Assembly: GCA_963782055.1 (NCBI GenBank)
Contig: CAWAIF010000003.1
Span: forward strand, 4,128,001 to 4,192,000
Length of the DNA: 64,000 nt
Direction of reading: 5' to 3'
Source of the DNA: an uncultured delta proteobacterium
GTDB lineage: Bacteria > Myxococcota_A > Polyangia > Polyangiales > Polyangiaceae
Shown: positions 21,388 through 32,299 of the stretch, piece after piece
How positions within the stretch are numbered: position 1 is the stretch's first letter
Layout of the letters: each line of letters starts with the position of its first letter
Made by a program: the position numbers and the translations under genes
Notes under the pieces: generated by a model
Seen by the model: only the letters and a program-made list of their open reading frames with translations
Told to the model about the DNA's origin: nothing
Databases searched by the model: none

Positions 21388-22083
21388 TCAGCTCGCCGTG
21401 CCGGCGACGACGCGGACCTCTCCGTTCGCGTCCTGCAGCGCGCGCACGTCGCGGTACGCCCGCGCGCGCCCGAAGAGCAGGGAGACCTGCTTGCCCTGCC
21501 CCTCGCCCAGCTCGAACAGCAACGACCCGCCGGCGCGCAGGAAGGGCCGCGCCTCGCGGAGCACGCGCTGGTGGATGGAGAGGCCGTAGGGTCCGCCGTC
21601 GAACGCCTCGCGCGGCTCGTGCTCGAGCAGCGGCGCGCGATCCCGCACGAGTCGCGCCGTGGAGATGTACGGGGGGTTGCAGACGATGACGTCCACCCGC
21701 CCCTCCAGACCGAGCCCGGCGAGGGGGGCGAAGAGGTCGCCCTGGGCCAGGTGCACGCGCTCCTCCAGCCCGTGGTGCTCGACGTTGCGGCGCGCCAGCG
21801 CGACGCACGGCTCGGTGAGGTCGCACGCCCACACGCGCGCCTCCGGGACGTGCACGGCGACGGCACAGGCCAGGTTGCCGCAGCCACAGCACATGTCGAT
21901 GACCAGCGGGGGCTCGGCGCCCGGCGCCCGCGCCCGCACCGCGTCCACGGCGGCCTGGCCGAGAAGCTCGGTCTCCGGGCGCGGGACGAGCACTCCTTCC
22001 CCCACCAGGAGATCGATCCCCATGAAGTGCGTGCGCCCTTCCTGCAGCACGTCCTCGACCCCTGCTTGCACGATCTCGTTCAT
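21388..22083 (-). CDS. HemK/PrmC-family SAM-dependent methyltransferase lacking the N-terminal domain
   Basis: VLVPRPETELL, DMCCGCG, NPPY, EPREAFDGG, FELG; ATG at 22083. Confidence 0.85.
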   Translation of the reverse strand: MNEIVQAGVEDVLQEGRTHFMGIDLLVGEGVLVPRPETELLGQAAVDAVRARAPGAEPPLVIDMCCGCGNLACAVAVHVPEARVWACDLTEPCVALARRNVEHHGLEERVHLAQGDLFAPLAGLGLEGRVDVIVCNPPYISTARLVRDRAPLLEHEPREAFDGGPYGLSIHQRVLREARPFLRAGGSLLFELGEGQGKQVSLLFGRARAYRDVRALQDANGEVRVVAGTAS

Positions 22084-22247
22084 GGCAGCCTCGCACTCCG
22101 GAAAATGTTGCTGGATGCGCTCCCCATGGATGAGCACCCATCGGGTGCACGAAGCGGTGCACGAAGCGCGCCACAGCGCGGCGCTGGGAGGACGCGCTCG
22201 CCGGGCACGTTGGACTTCGCGCGGCACGTCGGGCACGATCCGCGCCG

Positions 22248-22631
22248 ATGCCCGGGGCCCCGCAGCGAACGACCGAGCGCCGCAGCGCGAGCCGCGCGGT
22301 GACCTTCGTCATCCTGGCGGCCGCCGCGGCGCTCGTCGCGCTGGGCATCGTGCTGCTGCACCGCGAGCCGCAGGCGGGCACCGGCGAGACACCCACGCAC
22401 GAGCTGACGACGCCGCGCCGTGCGTCGACGCGCGCCGCCACGCGCGTGACCACCGGCCTGGACACCGTCGGGCCGGCGGCGCTCTCCACACCCCCGGCCC
22501 CCGTTGTCTCCGCCCTCGCCGACGCCAGCACCCCGGCGACGCCCGACGGCTTGATCCCGGGCATCCCTTCACGCAGCCTTCCCACTCACCCCCTCATCTT
22601 CCACCACCCCGACGCCGCCCCGCCTGAATGA
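22248..22631 (+). CDS. Small hypothetical membrane-anchored protein
   Basis: One TM helix, then a Pro/Thr-rich tail; overlaps the next gene (ATGA). Confidence 0.5.
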   Translation: MPGAPQRTTERRSASRAVTFVILAAAAALVALGIVLLHREPQAGTGETPTHELTTPRRASTRAATRVTTGLDTVGPAALSTPPAPVVSALADASTPATPDGLIPGIPSRSLPTHPLIFHHPDAAPPE

Positions 22632-23497
22632 TGCGCCCCCGCCTGCTCCTCGCCCTCCCCCTCTTGCTGCTGGCATGTTGCAAGCATTCCGGCACCGGCC
22701 GCGCCGCGGACCTCGCCGACACGCTGGCGAAGGCGACGCCGGCGGTGGACTCCGACCTGCCCGCGTGCACCGAGGCCACCGCGGCGAGCTGCCTGGACAC
22801 CCTCACCAGGGACTTCGGCGGCGCCCGGTTCGACGACCGGCGCCCGGACCAGGCGTCGGCGGCCGCGATCGCCGTGCTCATCGCGCGCGATCACCACGGC
22901 TCGTGGTCGAAGCCCAGCCTGTCGTGGACCATCGCCATGCGGCAAGGCAGGGGATCCGGCGGCGACGCCCTCCGCCTGGCGACCGCCCGAGCGATGGCGA
23001 GCGTCGCCGGCAAGCACGCCCGCGCGATGGTCACCGACGACGACGCGCGCGCCTTCCTGGGCGACGTCGCCGCCTCCATCCCCGCCGCGTGCCAGACCTA
23101 CGCCGCGCTCGCCCGCGGGGAGACGAACCTCCCGCCGGAGGAGGGCCCCAACAACGCGCGATGCGTGCAGCTCGACCTGATGCGCAAGACCGGACCCGGC
23201 GGCGCCTACGGCCAGGGCCTGTGGCGCGCCGCCGCCGGCGCGCTCGCGGTCTGGAAGGACACCGTCGACGCCCTGGAGGGCGGCACGAAGCTCATGAGCG
23301 GCGACCGCAAGGCCGCGGTGGACCGCGCCCTCGCCACGCTTCAGGACGCCACCCCGAAGATGAGCGTCAAGCAGGTGGCAGCGCCCGCGGGCAACGCGTG
23401 GAACGCGACGATGGGCGAGCACCAGGACGCCGGCGTCATGCCGACCGACGCCGCCGCGCCCGTGCCGGCAGGCCGCCCGGGTCACGGCGCGCGCTGA
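22628..23497 (+). CDS. Hypothetical lipoprotein
   Basis: LLLACC lipobox; GC3-biased codons. Confidence 0.7.
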   Translation: MMRPRLLLALPLLLLACCKHSGTGRAADLADTLAKATPAVDSDLPACTEATAASCLDTLTRDFGGARFDDRRPDQASAAAIAVLIARDHHGSWSKPSLSWTIAMRQGRGSGGDALRLATARAMASVAGKHARAMVTDDDARAFLGDVAASIPAACQTYAALARGETNLPPEEGPNNARCVQLDLMRKTGPGGAYGQGLWRAAAGALAVWKDTVDALEGGTKLMSGDRKAAVDRALATLQDATPKMSVKQVAAPAGNAWNATMGEHQDAGVMPTDAAAPVPAGRPGHGAR

Positions 23498-23501
23498 GAC
23501 A

Positions 23502-25322
<1,821 letters not shown>

Positions 25323-25387
25323 CTTGGTCTTGCGGGTGGAGGAGAGGACGCCACCACTTTACGCAAGAGCCGCCAGCACGAAAAGGA

Positions 25388-27334
25388 TCACGGCATGGCG
25401 TCGTGGACGGTCGCGTCACCTTGCCGCAGCTCGATGAACTTGGACGTCGGGACGTTGTCGAACGTCTGCTCGTCCAGCGCCTGGTTGGGCCAGCGCACGG
25501 TGACCGAGTCCACCGTCGCGCAGTCACCGAGGCCGAAGGAGAGCACGGTGTCGTTCTGCATGGACATGTGGCCGTAGCTGCCGTCCAGCTCCTTGACCAG
25601 CGTCTCGCCGCCGGCCTTGACCGTGACGCGCGCGCCGATGCCGGTCTTGTTGGTGTCGGTGCCGTTGCCGACGAGCCGCATCTCCAGCCACTTCTGGATG
25701 CCGGTGCCCTTGTTCTCGTAGAAGTGGACCTCGTTGGTCTTCCAGATCTTGGAGCAGTCGCGCGCGGTGCCGGAGCCGACGACCACGTCCAGGTCCCCGT
25801 CGCGATCGAAGTCGGCGATGGTGAGGCCGCTCATGCACGCGTGGTGCAGGCCCCACGCTGCCCCCACCTCCTCGAAGGTGTGGTCGGGCTTCTGGTGGAA
25901 GACCAGGCCGTACTGGTCGGGGTAGTCGCTCGCGGCCACCACCAGGTCCTGCAGGCCGTCGTTGTCCAGATCGCCGCCGGCGACCATCAGGCCGCCCTCG
26001 TTCCAGTCGGGCGTCGGGTGCGGCCAGGTCATGCCGGTCGCGTCGTTGCCCGGACGCTCGAAGGAGATGGTCCCGTCCGCGCTGGTGTTGTGGAGCAGCT
26101 CGGAGCTATCCCCGTTTTCGCCCGCCCACCAGTGGTGGATCTCGGCGGAGTAGAGGTCGAGCTGCCCGTCGTTGTCCAGGTCGGCGCAGTAGGTGGAGAA
26201 GGTGTTGCCACCCAGGCGCCAGGGCTGATCGTCGGCGCCCTTCTGCCAGCTCGAGTCCGCCGGGGTGGGGCACTGCACGAGCGGCAGCGCGACGCCGGCG
26301 CACTCCGGGTCGGTCTTGTTGACCGTGCACCAGCACCGGAAAAACTGGTTGTCGGAGTAGTCCAGCTTGTCGTCGGCGGCGTAGCCGCTCGCCTGCCCGA
26401 CCTCGTTGAAGGCGCCGGAGCCATCGTTCTGGTAGAGCAGGTTCCACTGCCGGCCGTAGGCGCTGACCATCAGCTCCGGCGAGCCGTCGCCGTCCAGATC
26501 GCAGGACGTGACGCCGTACGAGGGGCGGTGGTTCTTGCCCTGCGCGTAGTTGGTCGGCTGCGTCGTCAGGCCGGCGGGCCCGGTGTTCGTCTTGAACGTG
26601 CCGTCGCCCTGACCCATGTACAGCTGCGCCTGCACGCCGAGGTAGCTGTAGCCGTAATTTTCGTACCAGAAGCCCACGAACAGGTCGAGCTTGCCGTCCC
26701 GGTTGACGTCGGCCATCGTCGCGCCGGTCGTCGGGAGGAGCTGGTTGGCCGCGGGGTGCGGGTCGGAGATGGGGGCGAGGGAGAAGTGACCCTTGCCATC
26801 GTTGAGCATGATCTCGCTGCGATCGCCCGGGTCGGTCTCGGGGTGCTGCGGGTCGACGTAGGTGCCGCTGAAGACGTCCAGGTCGCCGTCGTTGTCCACG
26901 TCGCCGAGGCTGGCGAGCTGCGCGGAGCGGTACTCGGTGGTGGACCCGCCGCGCACCTGGAACAGCCCGCTGTCCCCGGTGGCGTCGACGAACTGCCGCC
27001 CTTGCCCGTTGGCGCGCGGGCGGTTCATCAGCACCGACACCAGCTTGGGGGGCGTGCCAATCTGCTCGCGCTTGTTGCTGTCGATCGCCTCGACGATGAG
27101 GTCGGGGTAGCCATCCCCGTCCAGGTCGGCGCTCACGATGCGGTTGCCCACCACCGAGGCGAGTCCCCAGTCGGCGGTCGCGTCGACGAAGGTGGTGCCC
27201 CCGCCGGCGTGGACGTCGCAGGTCGGGCCGGCGTCAGGCGTCGGCTGGGTCTGCTGCGGGTCCGAGGAGCACGCAGACGCGACGAGGAAAGCGGGGAGGA
27301 GGAGGGCGAAGGGGGCAAGGTGCAAGGATCGCAT
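25388..27334 (-). CDS. FG-GAP/VCBS repeat lipoprotein with C-terminal ASPIC/UnbV domain (CRTAC1-like)
   Basis: Lipobox ASAC; repeated DxDxDGxxDL motifs; GIGARVTV...LSFGLG..VTVRWP. Confidence 0.88.
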   Translation of the reverse strand: MRSLHLAPFALLLPAFLVASACSSDPQQTQPTPDAGPTCDVHAGGGTTFVDATADWGLASVVGNRIVSADLDGDGYPDLIVEAIDSNKREQIGTPPKLVSVLMNRPRANGQGRQFVDATGDSGLFQVRGGSTTEYRSAQLASLGDVDNDGDLDVFSGTYVDPQHPETDPGDRSEIMLNDGKGHFSLAPISDPHPAANQLLPTTGATMADVNRDGKLDLFVGFWYENYGYSYLGVQAQLYMGQGDGTFKTNTGPAGLTTQPTNYAQGKNHRPSYGVTSCDLDGDGSPELMVSAYGRQWNLLYQNDGSGAFNEVGQASGYAADDKLDYSDNQFFRCWCTVNKTDPECAGVALPLVQCPTPADSSWQKGADDQPWRLGGNTFSTYCADLDNDGQLDLYSAEIHHWWAGENGDSSELLHNTSADGTISFERPGNDATGMTWPHPTPDWNEGGLMVAGGDLDNDGLQDLVVAASDYPDQYGLVFHQKPDHTFEEVGAAWGLHHACMSGLTIADFDRDGDLDVVVGSGTARDCSKIWKTNEVHFYENKGTGIQKWLEMRLVGNGTDTNKTGIGARVTVKAGGETLVKELDGSYGHMSMQNDTVLSFGLGDCATVDSVTVRWPNQALDEQTFDNVPTSKFIELRQGDATVHDAMP

Positions 27335-27417
27335 GGGAGATCACCCTGATTTTCCACCAAGATCGCCCGCGCTTCCATATCTTCTTATTTGCCGTGAGCC
27401 GGAACGTACCTCCCACC

Positions 27418-28707
27418 ATGTCGGAGCACCCCTCCAAGCCCGCGCCCGGTTCGGGACCTCAGCCCTTCCTGTGGGGCACCGCCACCTCGGCGCACCAGGT
27501 CGAGGGCGGCAACGACGCCAACGACTGGTGGGACTGGGAGAACCATCCCGGCCGGATCCACGACGGCTCGCGCTCCGGCGCGGCGTGCGGGTGGTGGGCC
27601 GGCCGCGCGGAGGAGGATCTCGCGGCGGCGGCGAAGCGCGGGCAGAACGCCCATCGCCTGAGCGTGGAGTGGAGCCGCCTCGAGCCGGAGCCTGGCCGCT
27701 TCGACGACGCCGCCTTCGACCGCTACCGCGGCATCCTGGAGGCGATGGGGCGCCTCGGCCTGACGGCGATGGTCACCCTCCACCACTTCACCTTGCCCCG
27801 CTGGGTGGAGGCGCGCGGCAGCTTCACCTGGTCGGGCATCGTCCCGGCGTTCGAGCGCTTCGCCGCGGAGTGCGGCAGGCGCCTAGGCGACCGCGCCACC
27901 CTCTTTTGCACCATGAACGAGCCCAACGTGCTGGCCTTCCTCGGCTACGTGGGCACCGAGTGGCCGCCCGCGCTCGGCCACCTGCCGAGCGGCATGCGCG
28001 CCCTCGCCACCATGCTGCGCGCCCACGCCGCGGGCTACCGCGCCCTCACCCGCACCGCGCCCAACGTGCCCGCCGGGATCGTCCTCAACCTCCCGGACTT
28101 CGAGCCGGCGACACGCTCCCCGCTCGACGCCGGGATCGCCCGCGCGCAGGACTGGGCCTTCGGCGGCGCGGTGCTCCACGCGCTGCACACCGGCGAGCTC
28201 TTGCCGCCGCTGGCGATCACCCCGCGCAAGGAGCTCGGGCTCGCCCGCACGTTCGACTTCCTCGGCCTCAACTACTACGGGCGCTACGCCGTCCGCTTCG
28301 ACCTGGGCGCGCGCGATCGCCTCTTCGGCGGCTTCGACCGCTCGAAGACGGTGCACACCGCGCACAACGACTGGGGGGAGATCGCGCCGCAGGGCCTGAC
28401 CCACCAGCTGCTGCGCCTGCGCCGCTACGCGGTGCCGCTCTACGTGACCGAGAACGGCGTGATGGACCGCGAGGACGCGCTGCGGCCGGCGTACCTGCGC
28501 GACCACGTCACCGCCGTGATGCGCGCGAAGGAGCGCGGCGCCGACGTGCGCGGGTACTTCCACTGGTCGCTGGTGGACAACTTCGAGTGGGCGGAGGGCT
28601 GGTCGGCGAAGTTCGGGCTGATCGCGGTGGACCCCGCGACGCAGGAACGCCGACCCCGCCGCAGCGCCGACGTCTACGAGGAGATCTGCCGGCGCGGGGG
28701 CGTGTGA
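27418..28707 (+). CDS. Glycoside hydrolase family 1 (beta-glucosidase-like)
   Basis: FLWGTATSAHQVEGG, RLSVEWSR, TMNEP, LYVTENG, WSLVDNFEWAEG. Confidence 0.93.
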   Translation: MSEHPSKPAPGSGPQPFLWGTATSAHQVEGGNDANDWWDWENHPGRIHDGSRSGAACGWWAGRAEEDLAAAAKRGQNAHRLSVEWSRLEPEPGRFDDAAFDRYRGILEAMGRLGLTAMVTLHHFTLPRWVEARGSFTWSGIVPAFERFAAECGRRLGDRATLFCTMNEPNVLAFLGYVGTEWPPALGHLPSGMRALATMLRAHAAGYRALTRTAPNVPAGIVLNLPDFEPATRSPLDAGIARAQDWAFGGAVLHALHTGELLPPLAITPRKELGLARTFDFLGLNYYGRYAVRFDLGARDRLFGGFDRSKTVHTAHNDWGEIAPQGLTHQLLRLRRYAVPLYVTENGVMDREDALRPAYLRDHVTAVMRAKERGADVRGYFHWSLVDNFEWAEGWSAKFGLIAVDPATQERRPRRSADVYEEICRRGGV

Positions 28708-28719
28708 GCCCACGGCCGT

Positions 28720-29200
28720 GATGGGCTACCTGGTGTGGTCGGCGCTGCAGCAGGCGTCCGACGGGGACGCGCGCATGCGCGCGGCGCAGCGCGCCTGGAT
28801 GGCGCACGCGCAGCGGCAGGCGCTCATCGCGCAGTTTCCCTACTTCAACCCCGGCCACGACTGGGAGATGGCGACCTACCACGACCGCCGCGTCGGCTTC
28901 ACCGTCGCGCTGCCGGGCTACCCGCGACCGCTGCCGGTGACCCCGCACGGCGCGTGGGGCTGGCAGGAGCAGGCGACGGCGCCCCCGGAGCCGCCGGCCG
29001 ACGCGCTCCTCGGCCTGTCCGACGTGCCGGTGGGCGTGCGCTTACCGCGCCGCGAACGCGCCCGCGGTGCGCGAGCCGACGGTGGACCAGCTCCGCGGCT
29101 GGGGCGTGGGGGCTGCGGCGAGCGCGGCCTACGACCTCGCCCGCCCCGACGCTTACGGCGCGGACCGCGAGGTGAGCGCTCCCTCTCGCGCCCGCTCACG
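28720..29200 (+). pseudogene. Hypothetical gene with apparent frameshift at ~29042 and 3' end lost in a repeat element
   Basis: GC3-biased frame up to ...VPVGVR; an extra T (GTG CGC T TAC CGC) moves the coding-like sequence (YRAANAPAVREPTVDQLRGWG) to another frame. Confidence 0.45.
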
Positions 29201-29207
29201 TACATGG

Positions 29208-29761
29208 GGGCGCGGGCGCGGGCGCGAGGGCGGGCGCGAGCGCGAGGGCGGGCGCGAGCGCGAGGGCGGGCGCGGGCGCGGGCGCGAGGGCGGGCGCGAG
29301 CGCGGGCGCGGGCGCGAGCGCGAGCGCGGGCGCGGGCGCGGGCGCGGGCGCGAGCGTGTGGAGAAGAAGGAGCTCGCTCGGGATGGGGTATCGTCCCGGC
29401 CTTGCGGACTCCGAGCACGGCGGGACGATGACCTCCGCCCGAGCGAGCCCCCTCCCTCACGCGCTCCCCTCCCTCACGCGCTCCCTCCCCCCCCTCGCGC
29501 TCCCTCCCCCTCCCGCGCTCCCCCTCCCTCCCGCGCTCCCTCTCCCTCCCGCGCTCCCTCTTCCCCTCGCTCTCCCTCTCCCTCTCGCGCCCGCTCTCCC
29601 TCCCCCTCTCCCTCCCCCTCTCCCGCGCTCACAAGAGAGAAGCGCGGGCGCGGGCGCGGGCGCGGGCGCGAGCGCGGGCGCGGGCGCGAGCGCGAGCGCG
29701 GGCGCGGGCGCGGGCGCGAGCGCGGGCGCGGGCGCGAGCGCGGGCGCGGGCGCGGGCGCGG
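29208..29761. repeat. Low-complexity palindromic element: GCGCGG/GCGCGA hexamer arrays, central hairpin and C/T tract
   Basis: Hexamer arrays at 29208-29356 and 29641-29761; CCCT/CCCGCGCT tract at 29449-29630; inverted repeats 29372-29382/29438-29448 and 29390-29398/29421-29429. Confidence 0.85.
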
Positions 29762-30514
29762 TCAGTCCGCCTCCGCAGCCCCCACCACGTGCAGGTTCGC
29801 CCGCGATTGCACGAACACCACGCTCCGGGTCCCCGCCTTCGCCGGCTGCGTCACCGTGCCGTGGTACGCCCTGCCGGCGAGCGACCCGAGCCTCCGCAGC
29901 GATCGCACCACCGGGCCGTGCTCCAGCGTCAGCCCGCCGTTCTCCCCGCGCGTCACGTGCGTGGAGAGGCCACGCTCCACCACCGCGAGGAGCACGTCCG
30001 CCGCGCTCGCGTCCGCCACCCCCGCGCCGTTCACGTCCACCCGGAGCGTGTCCCCCGCGCGCACAAGCGTCACCTTCGCCTTCGGCGTGCGGGCCGCCAG
30101 GGCGATGGCCCGCTCCGCCGCCGCACCGCGCGAGCCCACCAGCTCGCTCGCGCCGTCGATGACCATCTGCGGCGTGTAGACGCCCGCGCCCACGAAGGAC
30201 CGCGCGTAGGCGCGCTGCCGGTCGGAGAACGCCGCGCTGGAGAAGGGATCCGTCCAGCCGAGGCGGTTCCAGTAGTCGACGTGGAGCTCCAGCGCGATGA
30301 CGTGCGCCCCCGCCACTGGCTGCTCCCGGTCCAGCCGCCGCAGCTCCTCGTCCGCCGGCGGGCACGAGGAGCACCCCTCGCTGGAGAAGAGCTCCACCAG
30401 CACCGGCGCGCGCGGCCCGGCGGGCGCCGCCTTCGCCGCGCGGTGGTGAACGGCAGCCCCCGTGGCGATCGCCGCCGCGCCCACGCCCAGCCCGAGGAGC
30501 AGCCATCCGCGCAC
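29762..30514 (-). CDS. DUF1223 thioredoxin-like exported protein
   Basis: VELFSSEGCSSCPPAD, HVDYWNRLGWTDPF, YTPQMVIDG, RGENGG. Confidence 0.9.
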   Translation of the reverse strand: MRGWLLLGLGVGAAAIATGAAVHHRAAKAAPAGPRAPVLVELFSSEGCSSCPPADEELRRLDREQPVAGAHVIALELHVDYWNRLGWTDPFSSAAFSDRQRAYARSFVGAGVYTPQMVIDGASELVGSRGAAAERAIALAARTPKAKVTLVRAGDTLRVDVNGAGVADASAADVLLAVVERGLSTHVTRGENGGLTLEHGPVVRSLRRLGSLAGRAYHGTVTQPAKAGTRSVVFVQSRANLHVVGAAEAD

Positions 30515-30568
30515 GAGGGGTCTACGCGCGAGCCGCGCGCCGGTTTCGCGCGGCCCGGGAGGAGACCT

Positions 30569-31090
30569 TCACTTCGGGAGGGGCGGGACCACCACGGTGT
30601 TGATGGGCTTCACGCTCGCGCCGCCGGGGTAGGCGTAGCTCACGTAGCTGTCCCAGCCCCACACGGTGATCCCGAAGGGCGCGTCGCTGTGGATCTCGTG
30701 CAGGCCGTTGTCGCACTTGCCCACCGGCGCCTTGTTCTTCACCAGGTCCACGTACGCGTACTCGTACGGCCCGACGGCCTTCCACCCGCCCACGTCCCCC
30801 ACGCAGTCCAGCGTCACCGGCTTGAAGGTGTTGTCCTTGGCCTTCACCCGCACCAGCACCACCGTCGTCCAGCCCATCGTCGGGTCGGTCATGAAGAGGT
30901 ACTTGGCCAGGTACTGCTTCGGCGGGATGACGTTGACGAACTCGGGGTCGCCGTTGCCGCCGAAGTTGTCGCCGCCCAGCATGTGCGCGGAGATGTAGAA
31001 GGGGTGCTTGTCGTCCTGGCTGGTGACGATGAACGGCCCGCTCGACTTGAAGTTGACCACCTGCCGGCTGTTGAGGCTCGTGGGCCGTCG
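30569..31090 (-). pseudogene. C-terminal fragment of an IgGFc-binding-domain protein
   Basis: GDPEFVNVIPPKQYLAKYLFMTDPT, HEIHSDAPFGITVWGWDSYVSYAYPGG; no signal peptide or plausible 5' part; codon bias breaks at about 31090. Confidence 0.65.
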
Positions 31091-31207
31091 ACCTTCCCGC
31101 ATCTTCCCACGCGTGCACAGCACCAAACCGGTTGGAGCTCACACCGATGTGCGCCGACGCGCCGACGCGCCGCGGCGCGCGCTGCCGCGCTGCGCTATGC
31201 TCGCAGG

Positions 31208-32128
31208 ATGGCTCGCGGCCATCGTCGGTGGCGTGGTGTGCTCGTCGCGCTCTCGCTCGCCTCCGGGCTCGCGCCGGCGTGCGGCGGACGGACCGGGCTG
31301 CTCGCGCCCGCCGGACCGGAGGACGGCGGGCCGGACGCCGACGCCGGACAGGACCAGTCCGCCGACGTGCCGGTCGACGCGCCCGCCGACGCGCCGGCCG
31401 ACGTCCCGGTGGATGTCCCCGCCGACGTGCCGATCGACGTCCCGGTCGACGCGCCCGTCGACGCGCCCCCGCTCGTCCAGGGCTGCGCCGACGGCCAGCG
31501 GGAGGGCTTCGTCGACGACGAGACCTTCCCCGACATCGCCGGCTGCTCCGGGGGGTGGTCCGTCCCCGGCGTGATGCCCTTCAACCCCGGCACCGCGCCC
31601 GACTGCCCTTCCATCAAGACGTTCGACACCGTGACCCCCGCGTGCAACCGGCAGGGCGGCGACGACGGCCCCAATCCGAACGGCGCCGGCTGCGACGTCG
31701 CCGATCTCTGCCAGGCCGGCTGGCACGTGTGCGAGAGCTCGGACGACGTGACGAAGCACTCCCCGAGCGGCTGCACGGGCGCGACGAAGAACGGCAATCC
31801 CTCGCGCTTCTTCGTCACGCGGCAGTCGAGCAACGGCTGCGCCCTCTGCGCCACCGGCGGCGGCAGCGGCAGCAACTGCAACGGCGCGAGCTGCACGCCG
31901 GGCTGCGCCGAGAGCGCGCGGACCACCAACGACCTGTTCGGGTGCGGCAACTTCGGGCAGCCGAACCCCGACCTCACCTGCAATCCGCTCGACCGCTACT
32001 CCAACAACGTCTGCACCGCCCTGCAGGCCAACTGGAGCTGCCCGGACGACGGCAGCGGCCTGTGCGAGGCCTTCACCGTCGTCCACCACGGCGCGGCCTT
32101 CGGCGGGGTGCTCTGCTGCCGGGATTGA
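31208..32128 (+). CDS. Cys-rich lipoprotein with PxD[VA] repeat linker
   Basis: Lipobox APAC-GGRTGL; 12-nt repeats at about 31360-31470; GCADGQREGF ... GGVLCCRD. Confidence 0.8.
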   Translation: MARGHRRWRGVLVALSLASGLAPACGGRTGLLAPAGPEDGGPDADAGQDQSADVPVDAPADAPADVPVDVPADVPIDVPVDAPVDAPPLVQGCADGQREGFVDDETFPDIAGCSGGWSVPGVMPFNPGTAPDCPSIKTFDTVTPACNRQGGDDGPNPNGAGCDVADLCQAGWHVCESSDDVTKHSPSGCTGATKNGNPSRFFVTRQSSNGCALCATGGGSGSNCNGASCTPGCAESARTTNDLFGCGNFGQPNPDLTCNPLDRYSNNVCTALQANWSCPDDGSGLCEAFTVVHHGAAFGGVLCCRD

Positions 32129-32200
32129 AGGAGGGACGGAGGCGGCACGCCGGGCCGGAGACGGACCCGCGGCCGGCTGCAGAAAGGTCGAGCCGACCCC

Positions 32201-32247
32201 TTGACGCGACGCGTTTTCTGACAATACTTCGCACACGAAACTTTCGT
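32201..32247 (+). promoter_or_regulatory. Putative sigma70 promoter and operator of the MFE-2/thiolase operon
   Basis: TTGACG (32201-32206) then AATACT (32223-32228); perfect palindrome ACGAAA-C-TTTCGT (32235-32247); AT-rich island in GC-rich DNA. Confidence 0.5.
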
Positions 32248-32299
32248 ACAGGTAACGCCTCGGACCCGCCCCGCGGGCCGAGAGGAGAAGAGGAAAGTC

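Noticed and set aside
29208..29761. Poly-(RA), (GA) or (PLP) repeat proteins, or a CRISPR array
   Set aside because: These are simple-sequence translations; there are no constant repeats with unique spacers and no cas genes.
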